DNA of 64,000 nt from Gemmatimonadales bacterium. GTDB taxonomy: Bacteria > Gemmatimonadota > Gemmatimonadetes > Gemmatimonadales > GWC2-71-9. Below the pieces are notes generated by a model that saw only the letters and a program-made list of their open reading frames with translations, did no database searches and was not told where the DNA came from. The stretch lies in contig DATLXS010000098.1 in the NCBI GenBank assembly GCA_035575675.1, forward strand, positions 2,641-66,640, written 5' to 3'. Shown piece after piece: positions 28,854 to 37,604 of the stretch. Each line of letters begins with the position of its first letter. The stretch's first letter is position 1. Position numbers and translations under genes: made by a program.

Positions 28854-30802
28854 CCAGCACGCTCAATCCCCGCTTCACGTTCGACACGTTCGTGGTCGGC
28901 GCCGCGAACCGCCTCGCCGTCACCGCCGGGCGCACCGTCGCGGAGAATCCGGGCTCGGCCTACAACCCGCTCTTCATCTATAGTGGCTCGGGGTTGGGCA
29001 AGACGCACGTGCTGATGGCCATCGGGCACGCCGCCAAGGTCATCGCGTCGCAGTTGAACATCGAGTACCTGACGTTGGACGAGTACGTTGAGGCGCTCCA
29101 CGCCGCGATCGCGGCGGGGCAGGGCGACGCCTTCCGGCGCCGGTTCCAGAACGTCGATGTCTTGCTCGTCGACGACGTGCAGTTCCTCACCAATCGCAAG
29201 GAGATGCAGACCGAGTTGCTCCGCCTGACCGAGGCGCTGCAGCAGGGCGGTCATCAGATCGTGCTCGCGAGCGATCGCCCCCCGGCCGAGATCGCGGACC
29301 TGGACGAGCGTCTCATCTCGCGCTTTTCCGGCGGGCTCGTCGTCGATATGGGCATCCCCGACTACGAAACGCGCGTCGCCATTCTGCGCCGCAAGGCCGA
29401 GGAGCGCGGGACGAAGTTCCAGCCGGGGATCCTCGAGACGGTCGCGAAAGTCGAGTATCCGAACGTCCGCGAGTTGATGGGCGCGCTCAATCGTCTGATC
29501 GCCTTCCAGGCGGTGAACGACACGCCGATAAACGCGGATGCGGCGAGCAAGGTGTTGGGCATCCCTACCGCCGCTTCACCGACCGCCGCCTCATCTACCG
29601 CCGCTTCACATACCGCCGCCTCACCCGATGAATTCAGCCAGTTCCTGACCGACGTCACCGTGACCGTGGGCAAGGCCGTCGAGGCGTGGCGCGCGCGCGT
29701 GACCGAGGCGGTGATGCGCTGGGAGGGAGAAGGCTACCGGACGGGCCGGCTCGAAAAGCTCCTCGATCAGGAGACGCCGGCCGCGGTGGACGAAGTGATC
29801 GCGTCGTACGTGCGCGACGTGGAACGGCTCAAGGCGCTCGAGGCGGAAGTGGCGGTGCTCGATCCCCAGGCCGCGGGTGAGAAAGTCTTCCGCGATCCCG
29901 AGCACATGGACGCGGCCGAGGCCGCCGCCGCGAAGGTTCGCGACGGCGCGGCGCCGCCGCCGGCCCCGTCAGGCGCATTTCCGCTCGACGCGTACGTCGC
30001 CGGGCCGTCCAACGAGGTGGCATTGAACGCCGCGCGCGACTGCGTCGCGAAGCCCGGGAAGAAATACAATCCCCTCGTGATCGTCGGCCGCAGCGGGCTC
30101 GGCAAGACGCACCTGCTCAACGCCATCGGGCTCGAGCTCGCGAAAAAGAAGAACGCGGTGGTCGCCTGCCTGTCGACCCAGCAGTTCGTCGACGAGCTGA
30201 TTGCGGCCATCGACGGCAACCGGGTGGACTGGTGGCGCGCGCGCTATCGGCGTGCGACCGCGCTGCTGCTCGACGACATCCATCTGCTCGCCGGCAAGGA
30301 GCGCACGCAGGAAGAGCTGTTCAACCTTTTCAATCAACTGGTCGACGCCGACCGGCAGCTCATCTTCACGGCGCCCGCGCACCCGAACACGCTCGAGGGG
30401 CTCGAGGAGCGCATCGTGTCGCGGCTCGAAGGCGGGCTCGTGACGGAGATCGCGGAGCCGGACAAGGAGCTGCGCCGGAGCATGCTCGAGCGCCTGCTCA
30501 CGCACCAGCACGTGGCGCTCGAGCCGGCGCTGCTCGACTACCTGGCGGACCGGCCCATCGATTCCGTCCGCAACCTGACCGGCGTGGTCCAGCGCGTGGT
30601 CGAGGCCGCCGCGGCGCAGGACGCGCCCGTGACGGCGGGTCTGGCGCGCGATGTGCTGGAGGGAGCGCCTCCGCCGCGCCGCACCGCGGGACTGCGCACC
30701 AGCGGCATCGTCGTGTCGAGCGCCGGCGGCGTGCGCAGCCGGGAGAAGATGGTCTGGGACTGGCCCGCCGCTGCTGATCGCGTCATCGAGGATCTGCGCT
30801 GA
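28850..30802 (+). CDS. tandem DnaA-type AAA+ protein (two DnaA domain-III modules; no domain I or IV)
   Basis: 650 aa. Module 1 (res 6-222): [54 protein letters not shown]. Module 2 (res 377-590): [44 protein letters not shown] saw no DnaA C-terminal HTH signature. ATGA overlap with the mglA stop. Confidence 0.85.
   Translation: MTSTLNPRFTFDTFVVGAANRLAVTAGRTVAENPGSAYNPLFIYSGSGLGKTHVLMAIGHAAKVIASQLNIEYLTLDEYVEALHAAIAAGQGDAFRRRFQNVDVLLVDDVQFLTNRKEMQTELLRLTEALQQGGHQIVLASDRPPAEIADLDERLISRFSGGLVVDMGIPDYETRVAILRRKAEERGTKFQPGILETVAKVEYPNVRELMGALNRLIAFQAVNDTPINADAASKVLGIPTAASPTAASSTAASHTAASPDEFSQFLTDVTVTVGKAVEAWRARVTEAVMRWEGEGYRTGRLEKLLDQETPAAVDEVIASYVRDVERLKALEAEVAVLDPQAAGEKVFRDPEHMDAAEAAAAKVRDGAAPPPAPSGAFPLDAYVAGPSNEVALNAARDCVAKPGKKYNPLVIVGRSGLGKTHLLNAIGLELAKKKNAVVACLSTQQFVDELIAAIDGNRVDWWRARYRRATALLLDDIHLLAGKERTQEELFNLFNQLVDADRQLIFTAPAHPNTLEGLEERIVSRLEGGLVTEIAEPDKELRRSMLERLLTHQHVALEPALLDYLADRPIDSVRNLTGVVQRVVEAAAAQDAPVTAGLARDVLEGAPPPRRTAGLRTSGIVVSSAGGVRSREKMVWDWPAAADRVIEDLR
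29567..29626. repeat. 15-nt x4 in-frame tandem repeat (TAAS-x pentapeptide)
   Basis: ACCGCCGCTTCACCG ACCGCCGCCTCATCT ACCGCCGCTTCACAT ACCGCCGCCTCACCC encodes [20 protein letters not shown] in the linker of the double-DnaA protein. Confidence 0.9.
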
Positions 30803-32418
30803 TGGCCATCAAGGGCTCGCTCAAGGAAGCGTCGCTCCCCGACGTGCTGCAGCTCCTGGCGCTGGGGCAGAAAACCGGCTGCCTGTCGATCGCCGACCGC
30901 TCCAACTTCGGCTACATCTATTTCGACCGGGGCCGGATCTCCTACGCGTCGATCGTGAACCGCCGCGATCGGCTCGGCGACATCCTCGTGAAGCACGAGA
31001 AGATCACGCAGGACCAGCTGGACGCCGCGATCCACCGCCAGGCGAAAGAGCGCGACAAGAAGCTGGGCGAGATTCTCGTGCTCCAGAGCGTGCTCACGCA
31101 GCAGGAGCTCGAGCGCTACATGCGCATGCAGATCGAGGAATCGGTCTACTATCTCTTCACATGGACGCAGGGCACGTTCAACTTCGAAGCCGACGTCCGC
31201 CCGGAGCAGCAGGACTTCCTCGTCTCGATCAACCCGGAGTCCCTGCTGCTCGAGGGCGCGCGGCGCGTGGACGAGTGGGGCCTGATCGAGAAAAAGATCC
31301 CGTCGTTCGATCTGATCTTCCTCGTGGACCGCGACCGCCTGGCCATCAGCGACGCGAAGCTGACGGAAATGCAGGATCGCCTGCTCCCGCTGCTCGACGG
31401 CTCGCGCGACGTCAATCAGGTCATCGAAGATTCCGGCCTGGGGGAATTCGAGGTCGGCAAGGCGCTCTACGGCCTCGTCACCGCCGGCTTCCTGCATCGC
31501 GCCGGCCGCACCGCCAGCGCCGAAGACGTGAAGATGACCGACGCGCGGGTGGAGGAGCACCGCAACCTCGGCATCGCCTTCTACAAGACGGGCATGCTCG
31601 ACGAAGCGGCGCGCGAATTTCGCCGCGTCGCCGAGCTGCGCGCGTCGGATGCCAACGCGCACTTCTTCATCGGCCTGGTCGCGCTGAAGCAGGCGCGCTG
31701 GCGCGAGGCGATGGAGGCGCTGCGGCTCGCCGCCGAAAAAGGCGGGTCACGGCCCGCCGTGCTCCACAATCTGGGGCTCGCCTACGAGCAGGTCGGCCGG
31801 CTGGAGGATGCCGAGGCGGCCTACTCCGAGGCGGCCACGCGCGCGCGCACCGATCCGCGGGTGTACGTGGGATGGGGCATCGTCGCGCTGAAGCAGGGCG
31901 ACCATGCCAGCGCCGCCGGGCGGCTCGACCGCGCCAAGGAGCTGTTCGCCGACAAGGTGCCCCCGATCTGGTTCTGGGCGCGCGCACTCACCGCGGCGGC
32001 GGCGGGCGATTTCGAGACGGCGGAACAGGTGGCCGTGCAGGCCGTGGAAACGCATCCGCACAACGGGGTGTTGCGCAACAATCTCGCCGTGCTGCACGAG
32101 CTGGCCGGCGCGCTGCCGCAAGCCGAGGCGCTGGCGCGCGCCGCGCTGCAGGACGAGCCGTCCCTGCCGCAGCTGTCCAAGAATCTCGGCGACCTGGCCT
32201 ACCGCGGCTCGCGCTACGATGAAGCCTGGGCGCTGTATCAGCGCGCGATCGAGCTGTCGCCCGAGCTGGGCGATGACGTCTACTTCAAGCTTGGCAACAT
32301 CGCCTACAAGCGAAACGAGCGCGACCAGGCGAGCGAGCTGTGGCGGCGCGCGCTCGAGCTCAATCCCAAACACGAGCTCGTCAAGGCCAATCTGGACACC
32401 CTGAGCAGTTTGTCGTGA
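30802..32418 (+). CDS. PATAN/DUF4388 domain protein with helical MshEN-like insert and long C-terminal TPR array
   Basis: 538 aa. GSLKEASLPDVLQLLALGQKTGCLSI...GYIYFDRGRISYAS signature, paired [RK]LG..LV motifs, wHTH-like LLPLLDGSRDV segment, then TPRs. Paralog of 25475..26611. Confidence 0.8.
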   Translation: MAIKGSLKEASLPDVLQLLALGQKTGCLSIADRSNFGYIYFDRGRISYASIVNRRDRLGDILVKHEKITQDQLDAAIHRQAKERDKKLGEILVLQSVLTQQELERYMRMQIEESVYYLFTWTQGTFNFEADVRPEQQDFLVSINPESLLLEGARRVDEWGLIEKKIPSFDLIFLVDRDRLAISDAKLTEMQDRLLPLLDGSRDVNQVIEDSGLGEFEVGKALYGLVTAGFLHRAGRTASAEDVKMTDARVEEHRNLGIAFYKTGMLDEAAREFRRVAELRASDANAHFFIGLVALKQARWREAMEALRLAAEKGGSRPAVLHNLGLAYEQVGRLEDAEAAYSEAATRARTDPRVYVGWGIVALKQGDHASAAGRLDRAKELFADKVPPIWFWARALTAAAAGDFETAEQVAVQAVETHPHNGVLRNNLAVLHELAGALPQAEALARAALQDEPSLPQLSKNLGDLAYRGSRYDEAWALYQRAIELSPELGDDVYFKLGNIAYKRNERDQASELWRRALELNPKHELVKANLDTLSSLS

Positions 32419-33194
32419 GCAAAGCTCCTCCGGAGCGAGGCTTCGAAGCGCTGACGGAAAAGATCTCACGCGAGCGGGGAGTCAGCTGCGGGTCGTACAA
32501 GGATAAATGCATGAAGCGCCGCATCGCGGTGCGCATGCGCGCCCGCGGCGTCCATACCTACGAAGACTACGGCAAGATTCTCGATCACGACGCGCACGAG
32601 TACCAGGAGCTCCTCGACGCGCTCACGATCAACGTCACCAAGTTCTTCCGCAACGCCGAAACCTGGACCGCGCTCCGGCCCCATCTGGAGGCGATCGCCC
32701 GGAGACGTCCCACACTGCGGGTCTGGTCGGCGGGATGCGCCTCGGGCGAGGAGCCGTACACGATCGCCGTGCTCATGACGGAGCTGGGCGCCCAGGGTGT
32801 CATCGACGCGACGGACGTCGATCGATTGAGCCTCGAGCGCACCCGGCAGGCGCACTATCCGGACGGGGCGTTCACCGAGATGCCGTCGCACCTCAGGCGC
32901 CGCTATTTCGAGGGCGGCCAGCCGGTGCCCGAGGTCCGCGCGCTGGTGCGCGTCCAAAGCCACGATTTGATGCGCGAGCGTCCCCCGCATCCGCCGTACG
33001 ACCTGATCGTATGCCGCAACGTCGTGATCTACTTCGAGCGCCAGGCCCAGGAGCGGCTGTTTCAGACCTTTGTGGATGCGCTGGCGCCCGGGGGCGTGCT
33101 CCTGCTCGGAAAAGTCGAAACCCTGTTCGGTCCCGCGCGCGAGCACCTCACCCTCGTCGATCCGCGCGAGCGGATTTACGTACGGCCCGGGTGA
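32415..33194 (+). CDS. cheR: chemotaxis protein methyltransferase CheR
   Basis: Trimmed to the GTG at 32415 (GTGA overlap). Motifs TKFFRN, VWSAGCASGEEPYTIA, CRNVVIYF. Confidence 0.92.
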   Translation: MSKAPPERGFEALTEKISRERGVSCGSYKDKCMKRRIAVRMRARGVHTYEDYGKILDHDAHEYQELLDALTINVTKFFRNAETWTALRPHLEAIARRRPTLRVWSAGCASGEEPYTIAVLMTELGAQGVIDATDVDRLSLERTRQAHYPDGAFTEMPSHLRRRYFEGGQPVPEVRALVRVQSHDLMRERPPHPPYDLIVCRNVVIYFERQAQERLFQTFVDALAPGGVLLLGKVETLFGPAREHLTLVDPRERIYVRPG

Positions 33195-33673
33195 AAGAAG
33201 TCATCGTCAAAGTCGCCGACTGGGCCGCCGAACGTGGCGATGGCGTCCTGATCACCCTCGGACTCGGTTCCTGCGTCGCGATCATGCTGCACGATCCGCA
33301 AGCCAAAACGGGCGCGATGGCGCACGTCCTGCTGCCGTCGACCAGCCTCGCGCGCGATCTCACGAACCGCGCCAAGTTCCCGGAAACGGCCGTGCCGCTG
33401 CTCATCGAGCGGCTCAAGGCGCTCGGCGCGGACCCGCGGCGGCTCGTGGCGAAACTGGCCGGCGGCGCCCGCATGTTCAGCCAGCTCGTCACGCCCGGCA
33501 CCATCCAGATGGGCGAGCGCAACGTCCTGGCGTCGCGCACCGCGCTCCGCGTCGCGGCCATCCCGGTCATTCGTGAGGCGGTGGGCGGCGACCGCGGCCG
33601 CAGCGTGCGGTTTTACGTGAAAGACGGCCGGGTAGAGATCCGGTCGGTGGGCGTCGATGCCGACGTCATCTGA
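33191..33673 (+). CDS. cheD: chemoreceptor glutamine deamidase CheD
   Basis: Trimmed to the GTG at 33191 (GTGA overlap). Motifs [31 protein letters not shown]. Confidence 0.9.
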   Translation: MKEVIVKVADWAAERGDGVLITLGLGSCVAIMLHDPQAKTGAMAHVLLPSTSLARDLTNRAKFPETAVPLLIERLKALGADPRRLVAKLAGGARMFSQLVTPGTIQMGERNVLASRTALRVAAIPVIREAVGGDRGRSVRFYVKDGRVEIRSVGVDADVI

Positions 33674-34748
33674 CGCGTCCGGCCGCCCAAGCGTGGTCGT
33701 CGCCGACGACAGCGCGCTGATGCGCCGGGTGCTGGTCGATGTCCTCGGCGCCGAGTTTCGCGTCGTCGCGACCGCGCGCGACGGTCTCGACGCGATCAGC
33801 AAAGTGCACGAGCACAGGCCCGACGTCGTCACGCTCGATCTCGAGATGCCGCGGCTCGATGGGCTGGGCGCCATCGGCTACATCATGTCCGAGTCGCCGC
33901 GCCCGATCGTCGTCGTCAGCGCGCACGCTGGGCCAGGCACGCAGTCCGCGATTCGCGCCCTCGAGCTGGGCGCGGTGGAAATCGTCGCCAAACCGCCCCC
34001 TGAAGTCTTCGGTCATCCGCGCGCCGCGCTCGAGGCGCTGGCGCCGGAGCTCATCGGCGCCGTGCGCCGGGCGCTCGCGGCAGACCTCTCGCACGTCAAG
34101 GTGTTGGCGCGCCCGCCGGCGCCGGTGGTTCATCCGCCCGAGCACGCGCTGCGCGGGCGCGCCGTGCTCGCCGTGGGCGTCGCCGCCTCGACCGGTGGTC
34201 CGCGCGCGCTCGCCGACGTCGTGCCGCGCCTGCCGACGGGCCGCGGCGCCGCGATCTTCATCGTGCAGCACATGCCGCCGAAGTTCACGCGCAGTCTCGC
34301 CGAGCGGCTCGACTCCATGAGCCCGTTGCGCGTCGTCGAAGCGGCCGACGGCACCCCGATTGTGGCTGACACGGCGTACGTGGCCCCGGGCGATTATCAT
34401 ATGCGGGTGCGTTCTGCTCCCGACGGACCTGTCATCGCGCTCGACCAATCCGCGCCCCTGTGGGGCGTCCGGCCCGCGGCCGATCCCTTGTTCCGCTCCA
34501 TCGCCGAGGTCTATGGCGCGCGCGGCATTGGGGTCGTGCTCACGGGCATGGGGCGCGACGGGGCCAGCGGGCTGCGCGCGATGCATGACGCCGGCGGCAC
34601 CGGGCTCGCCCAGGATCGGGAAACGGCGGTGATTCCCGGGATGCCGGTGGCGGCGGTGCAGGCGGGCGGCGTCGACGCGGTCCTGCCGCTCAGTCAGATT
34701 GCCGACCGCGTCGCAGCCGAGTTGCTGCGGCGGGTGGGAAACCGATGA
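33657..34748 (+). CDS. cheB: protein-glutamate methylesterase CheB (REC + esterase)
   Basis: 363 aa. REC domain with VVADDS and VTLDLEMP. Esterase domain with ASTGGP, VQHMPP and GMGRDGA. Confidence 0.93.
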   Translation: MPTSSDASGRPSVVVADDSALMRRVLVDVLGAEFRVVATARDGLDAISKVHEHRPDVVTLDLEMPRLDGLGAIGYIMSESPRPIVVVSAHAGPGTQSAIRALELGAVEIVAKPPPEVFGHPRAALEALAPELIGAVRRALAADLSHVKVLARPPAPVVHPPEHALRGRAVLAVGVAASTGGPRALADVVPRLPTGRGAAIFIVQHMPPKFTRSLAERLDSMSPLRVVEAADGTPIVADTAYVAPGDYHMRVRSAPDGPVIALDQSAPLWGVRPAADPLFRSIAEVYGARGIGVVLTGMGRDGASGLRAMHDAGGTGLAQDRETAVIPGMPVAAVQAGGVDAVLPLSQIADRVAAELLRRVGNR

Positions 34749-35164
34749 AGGGTTATTTGCTGGTGCGTTCCGAGGGAAAATCGTACGGCCTGCCGGTCGC
34801 CCGCGTGCTCGAGGTGGGTGACGCCACGGAAGTGCTTGCCATTCCGCGCAATCTGCCCGCGGTGCGGGGCCTGACGCCGCTGCGCGGACGGCTCGTGCCG
34901 CTGATTCATCTGGGCGCGCTGCTCACGGGGAGCGAAGCACCCCCCGCCGGCGGCCACGCGGTGCGCACGGTCGTCCTCGTCGAGCTCGGCGCGAGCGGGC
35001 GGCAGGTCGCCTTGGAAGTCGATGACGCCGATGCGGTCGTCCGCGAGCAGCCGCTGCCCGTGCCGCGCGGCCAGGCGCTGCCGTGGGCGGCCGGCGTGGC
35101 GGAGCAGGAGGGGGGATTGGTGCCGATCCTGGACCTCGACGCGCTCGGGGATCGCATTACGTGA
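34745..35164 (+). CDS. cheW: CheW-like coupling protein
   Basis: 139 aa. [20 protein letters not shown]...[24 protein letters not shown] overlap with the cheB stop. Confidence 0.8.
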   Translation: MKGYLLVRSEGKSYGLPVARVLEVGDATEVLAIPRNLPAVRGLTPLRGRLVPLIHLGALLTGSEAPPAGGHAVRTVVLVELGASGRQVALEVDDADAVVREQPLPVPRGQALPWAAGVAEQEGGLVPILDLDALGDRIT

Positions 35165-35640
35165 CGACGACCACGACGCTGAGCTCGGGCGGCGACGATG
35201 TGCAGCTGGTCACCTTCAAAGTGGGCGGCCAGGATTTCGCGTTCAACATTTTTCAGGTCGAACGCATTCTGCGGTATGAAGCGCCCGCGCCGTTGCCGAA
35301 GGCGCCCGAGTTTCTCGAGGGCGTGCTGCAATATCAGGGCGGTGCCGTGCCGCTCATCGATCTGCGCAAGCGACTCGGCGCGGAGGCGCCGCTGCGCGAG
35401 GACACGCGGACCGTCATCCTCGAGTTCGATGGCGGCAAGATCGGCATGATTGTCGACACCGTGACCGAGGTGATGCAGGTGTCCGCGCAGGCGGTCACGC
35501 CGCCGCCGGGCATCGTCCGCGGGCTGGCGGCGGAGTACATCGCCGGCCTCCTCGTGCAGAACGGACGCACGATCGTCGTCCTGAATACGAACAAGCTGCT
35601 GAACTCGAAAGAGAAACTGGCTTTGCAGGGAGCGACCTGA
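35161..35640 (+). CDS. cheW: CheW coupling protein
   Basis: Trimmed to the GTG at 35161 (GTGA overlap). LVTFKVGGQDFAFNIFQVERIL...PEFLEGVLQYQGGAVPLIDLRKRLG...IGMIVDTVTEVM. Confidence 0.88.
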   Translation: MTTTTTLSSGGDDVQLVTFKVGGQDFAFNIFQVERILRYEAPAPLPKAPEFLEGVLQYQGGAVPLIDLRKRLGAEAPLREDTRTVILEFDGGKIGMIVDTVTEVMQVSAQAVTPPPGIVRGLAAEYIAGLLVQNGRTIVVLNTNKLLNSKEKLALQGAT

Positions 35641-36509
35641 TGGCTGAAACGCCGGTCGCGGCGCTGCGCCGGGAATACGATGCCATCGCCCGGCAGCTCG
35701 AAGGGGGCGGCCCCTCGGGCAACGCCGAGCGCGAAGCCGCCAAACGGGAGATCATCGCCTTTTTCAAGAAGGTCGACGGGATGCTGGGCGAGATGACGCA
35801 GTTGAAGGACGACATCCGCCAGCTCGTCGATCGCTACAAGCAGCTGGCCGCCGACACCAAGCAGGCCGCCGCGCCCGAGTTCACCGGGCAGCGACCGGTC
35901 CTGCATGCCGATCATATCGGCGCGACCACGTTCATCGAAAAAGGATGGAGTCTGATCTCGTTGGGCGACCACGCCGGCGCGATTCAAGCGCTCACCAAGG
36001 CACTCCAGCTCTCGCCTGGGGAGACGCAGGCGGAATCGCTGCTCGGCTGGGCACAGATGCTGCACGAAGACTACGACGATGCCCTCGGCACCTTCCAAAA
36101 AGTGCTGATGAAGGAGCCCGCGAATTCCCTCGCGCGCATCAACGTCGGCTACATCTGTCTGAAGAAGCGGATCTTTGGCGAAGCGATCGAGCATCTCTCG
36201 AAGGCGATCCGGCTGGACAACGACAAGAAGGCGACGCTGTACGCCCATTTCTATCTCGGGCTCGTCTACCTGCAGCGCGAGATGTTCGAGGACGCGGAGA
36301 CGTTCTTCGAGAAGACCATCAAGCTCGGCCCGAACCTGATCGAAGCCTATTACGAGCTGGGACGCGCGCACTGGTTCGGCGGCGACCAGGACAAAGCCAA
36401 ATCCACCTGGGCGGACGGCTTCAAGGCGAACAAGTTCAATCCCTGGGGCAAGAAGTGTCAGGAGATGCTGGAGCGTGTCGCCAAGGGCGAGGAGCCGCCG
36501 CGAGAATAG
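35640..36509 (+). CDS. coiled-coil + TPR protein
   Basis: 289 aa. N-terminal helical/coiled region, then 4-5 TPR units. TGATG junction with cheW. Confidence 0.75.
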   Translation: MAETPVAALRREYDAIARQLEGGGPSGNAEREAAKREIIAFFKKVDGMLGEMTQLKDDIRQLVDRYKQLAADTKQAAAPEFTGQRPVLHADHIGATTFIEKGWSLISLGDHAGAIQALTKALQLSPGETQAESLLGWAQMLHEDYDDALGTFQKVLMKEPANSLARINVGYICLKKRIFGEAIEHLSKAIRLDNDKKATLYAHFYLGLVYLQREMFEDAETFFEKTIKLGPNLIEAYYELGRAHWFGGDQDKAKSTWADGFKANKFNPWGKKCQEMLERVAKGEEPPRE

Positions 36510-37405
36510 CGCTGCTTGCCCTGCTGCTGCAGGGTTCGGTTGCCCCGTCGCATCCCCCCGTTGCCATCACCGTTGGGCGCGTGACCGCGATTGCCTGGCC
36601 GACGCAGGAGGGGCTCGCCACATCGCTCGCGGAGGTCGCCGATCGTGCGCGCGACTTCCCCGGCATCGGCGCCATGCCCGACCGTCCCATCCGGCTGATC
36701 CTCGCGCCGACGCGCGCGCAGTACGACTCGCTCACGCGCGGCCGGCTGCCGCTCTGGAGCGAAGGCGCCGCGTTCCCTGACGCCGGCACGATCGTGCTGT
36801 TGACCGACCGGCCGTCCGCCCGTCCGGCCGTCCTTCGTCACGAGCTCGGCCACCTCGCGCTGCGCTGGCACGTCGGTCGCTACGTCCCCCTCTGGTTTGA
36901 AGAAGGCTATGCCGCGGTCGCGGCCCAGGAGTGGGACCGGCTCGACGCGTTGCGCCTGAACTGGCAGCTCGCGCGCGGCGTGCGCATGGATCTCGACGAC
37001 GTCGATCGGGCGTTGCGGGGCGCGCGGGGCGATGCGGAGACGGGCTACGCGCTCGCGACGACCGCCGTGCTCCTGCTCGAGCGCTGGGGCGGCGATCGCG
37101 GACTCGCGCCGCTGCTCGCCAGCCTGCGCACGGCCGAGTCGTTCGATGCGGCGCTGCGCGTGACCTATCACGTCACAGAAGGCGATTTCGAGCTGCGCTG
37201 GCAGCGCGACGTCGGCTCACGCTACGGCTGGCTGTCGTGGCTGGCGGCGCTCGGCTTCTTCTGGCTGGCGATCGGCGCGCTGCTCGTCGCGCTGATCGGG
37301 CTGCGGCGCAGCCGCGACCGGCGCAAGCGCGCCGCACTGGAGGCGGAGGGCGCCGCCGAGGCGGACGGAAGCCAACTGCTTGACGATGTTGGGATTAACG
37401 AATAG
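36455..37405 (+). CDS. membrane-anchored HExxH (gluzincin-like) protein
   Basis: HELGH plus downstream FEEGYA (putative third zinc ligand). Signal-like RIALLALLLQGSVA near the N-terminus and a C-terminal TM (LSWLAALGFFWLAIGALLVALIGL). Start uncertain: the GTG at 36455 is the first canonical in-frame start and overlaps the upstream gene by 55 nt. Confidence 0.6.
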   Translation: MSGDAGACRQGRGAAARIALLALLLQGSVAPSHPPVAITVGRVTAIAWPTQEGLATSLAEVADRARDFPGIGAMPDRPIRLILAPTRAQYDSLTRGRLPLWSEGAAFPDAGTIVLLTDRPSARPAVLRHELGHLALRWHVGRYVPLWFEEGYAAVAAQEWDRLDALRLNWQLARGVRMDLDDVDRALRGARGDAETGYALATTAVLLLERWGGDRGLAPLLASLRTAESFDAALRVTYHVTEGDFELRWQRDVGSRYGWLSWLAALGFFWLAIGALLVALIGLRRSRDRRKRAALEAEGAAEADGSQLLDDVGINE

Positions 37406-37418
37406 ACTCCAGCCCCGA

Positions 37419-37604
37419 ATGCCGGACCAAACACTTGCCCGTTCGCGCCTCCGCTTCGGACCCAAGAACTACATCGTGCTTGGTGGCGCGGCCGTGTCCC
37501 TGGTGCTCGGTTACTGGCTGTTGTCGAAGGGATCCACAACGCTCGCGCCGGTGCTGCTGGTCCTGGGCTACTGCGTTTTGTTTCCAGTAGGCCTGGCCCT
37601 TTAG
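37419..37604 (+). CDS. small two-TM membrane protein (DUF3098-like)
   Basis: 61 aa from the Met at 37419. FGPKNYIVLGGAAVSLVLGYWLL ... TLAPVLLVLGYCVLFPVGLA. The family assignment is from memory only. Confidence 0.5.
   Translation: MPDQTLARSRLRFGPKNYIVLGGAAVSLVLGYWLLSKGSTTLAPVLLVLGYCVLFPVGLAL

Noticed and set aside
28850-30802. Calling this ORF the chromosomal replication initiator dnaA and looking for oriC nearby
   Set aside because: There is no domain I and no domain IV HTH. dnaN, recF and gyrB are not adjacent. I could not see an AT-rich unwinding region or a DnaA-box cluster. The gene is overlap-coupled to mglA inside a signalling operon.
30651-32222. 523-aa alternative-frame + ORF, and similar ones at 21097..22179, 25960..26730, 40804..41550 and 52627..53295
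   Set aside because: These are out-of-frame overlaps of well-supported genes. The translations are dominated by Arg, Gly, Ala and Pro, with no motifs.
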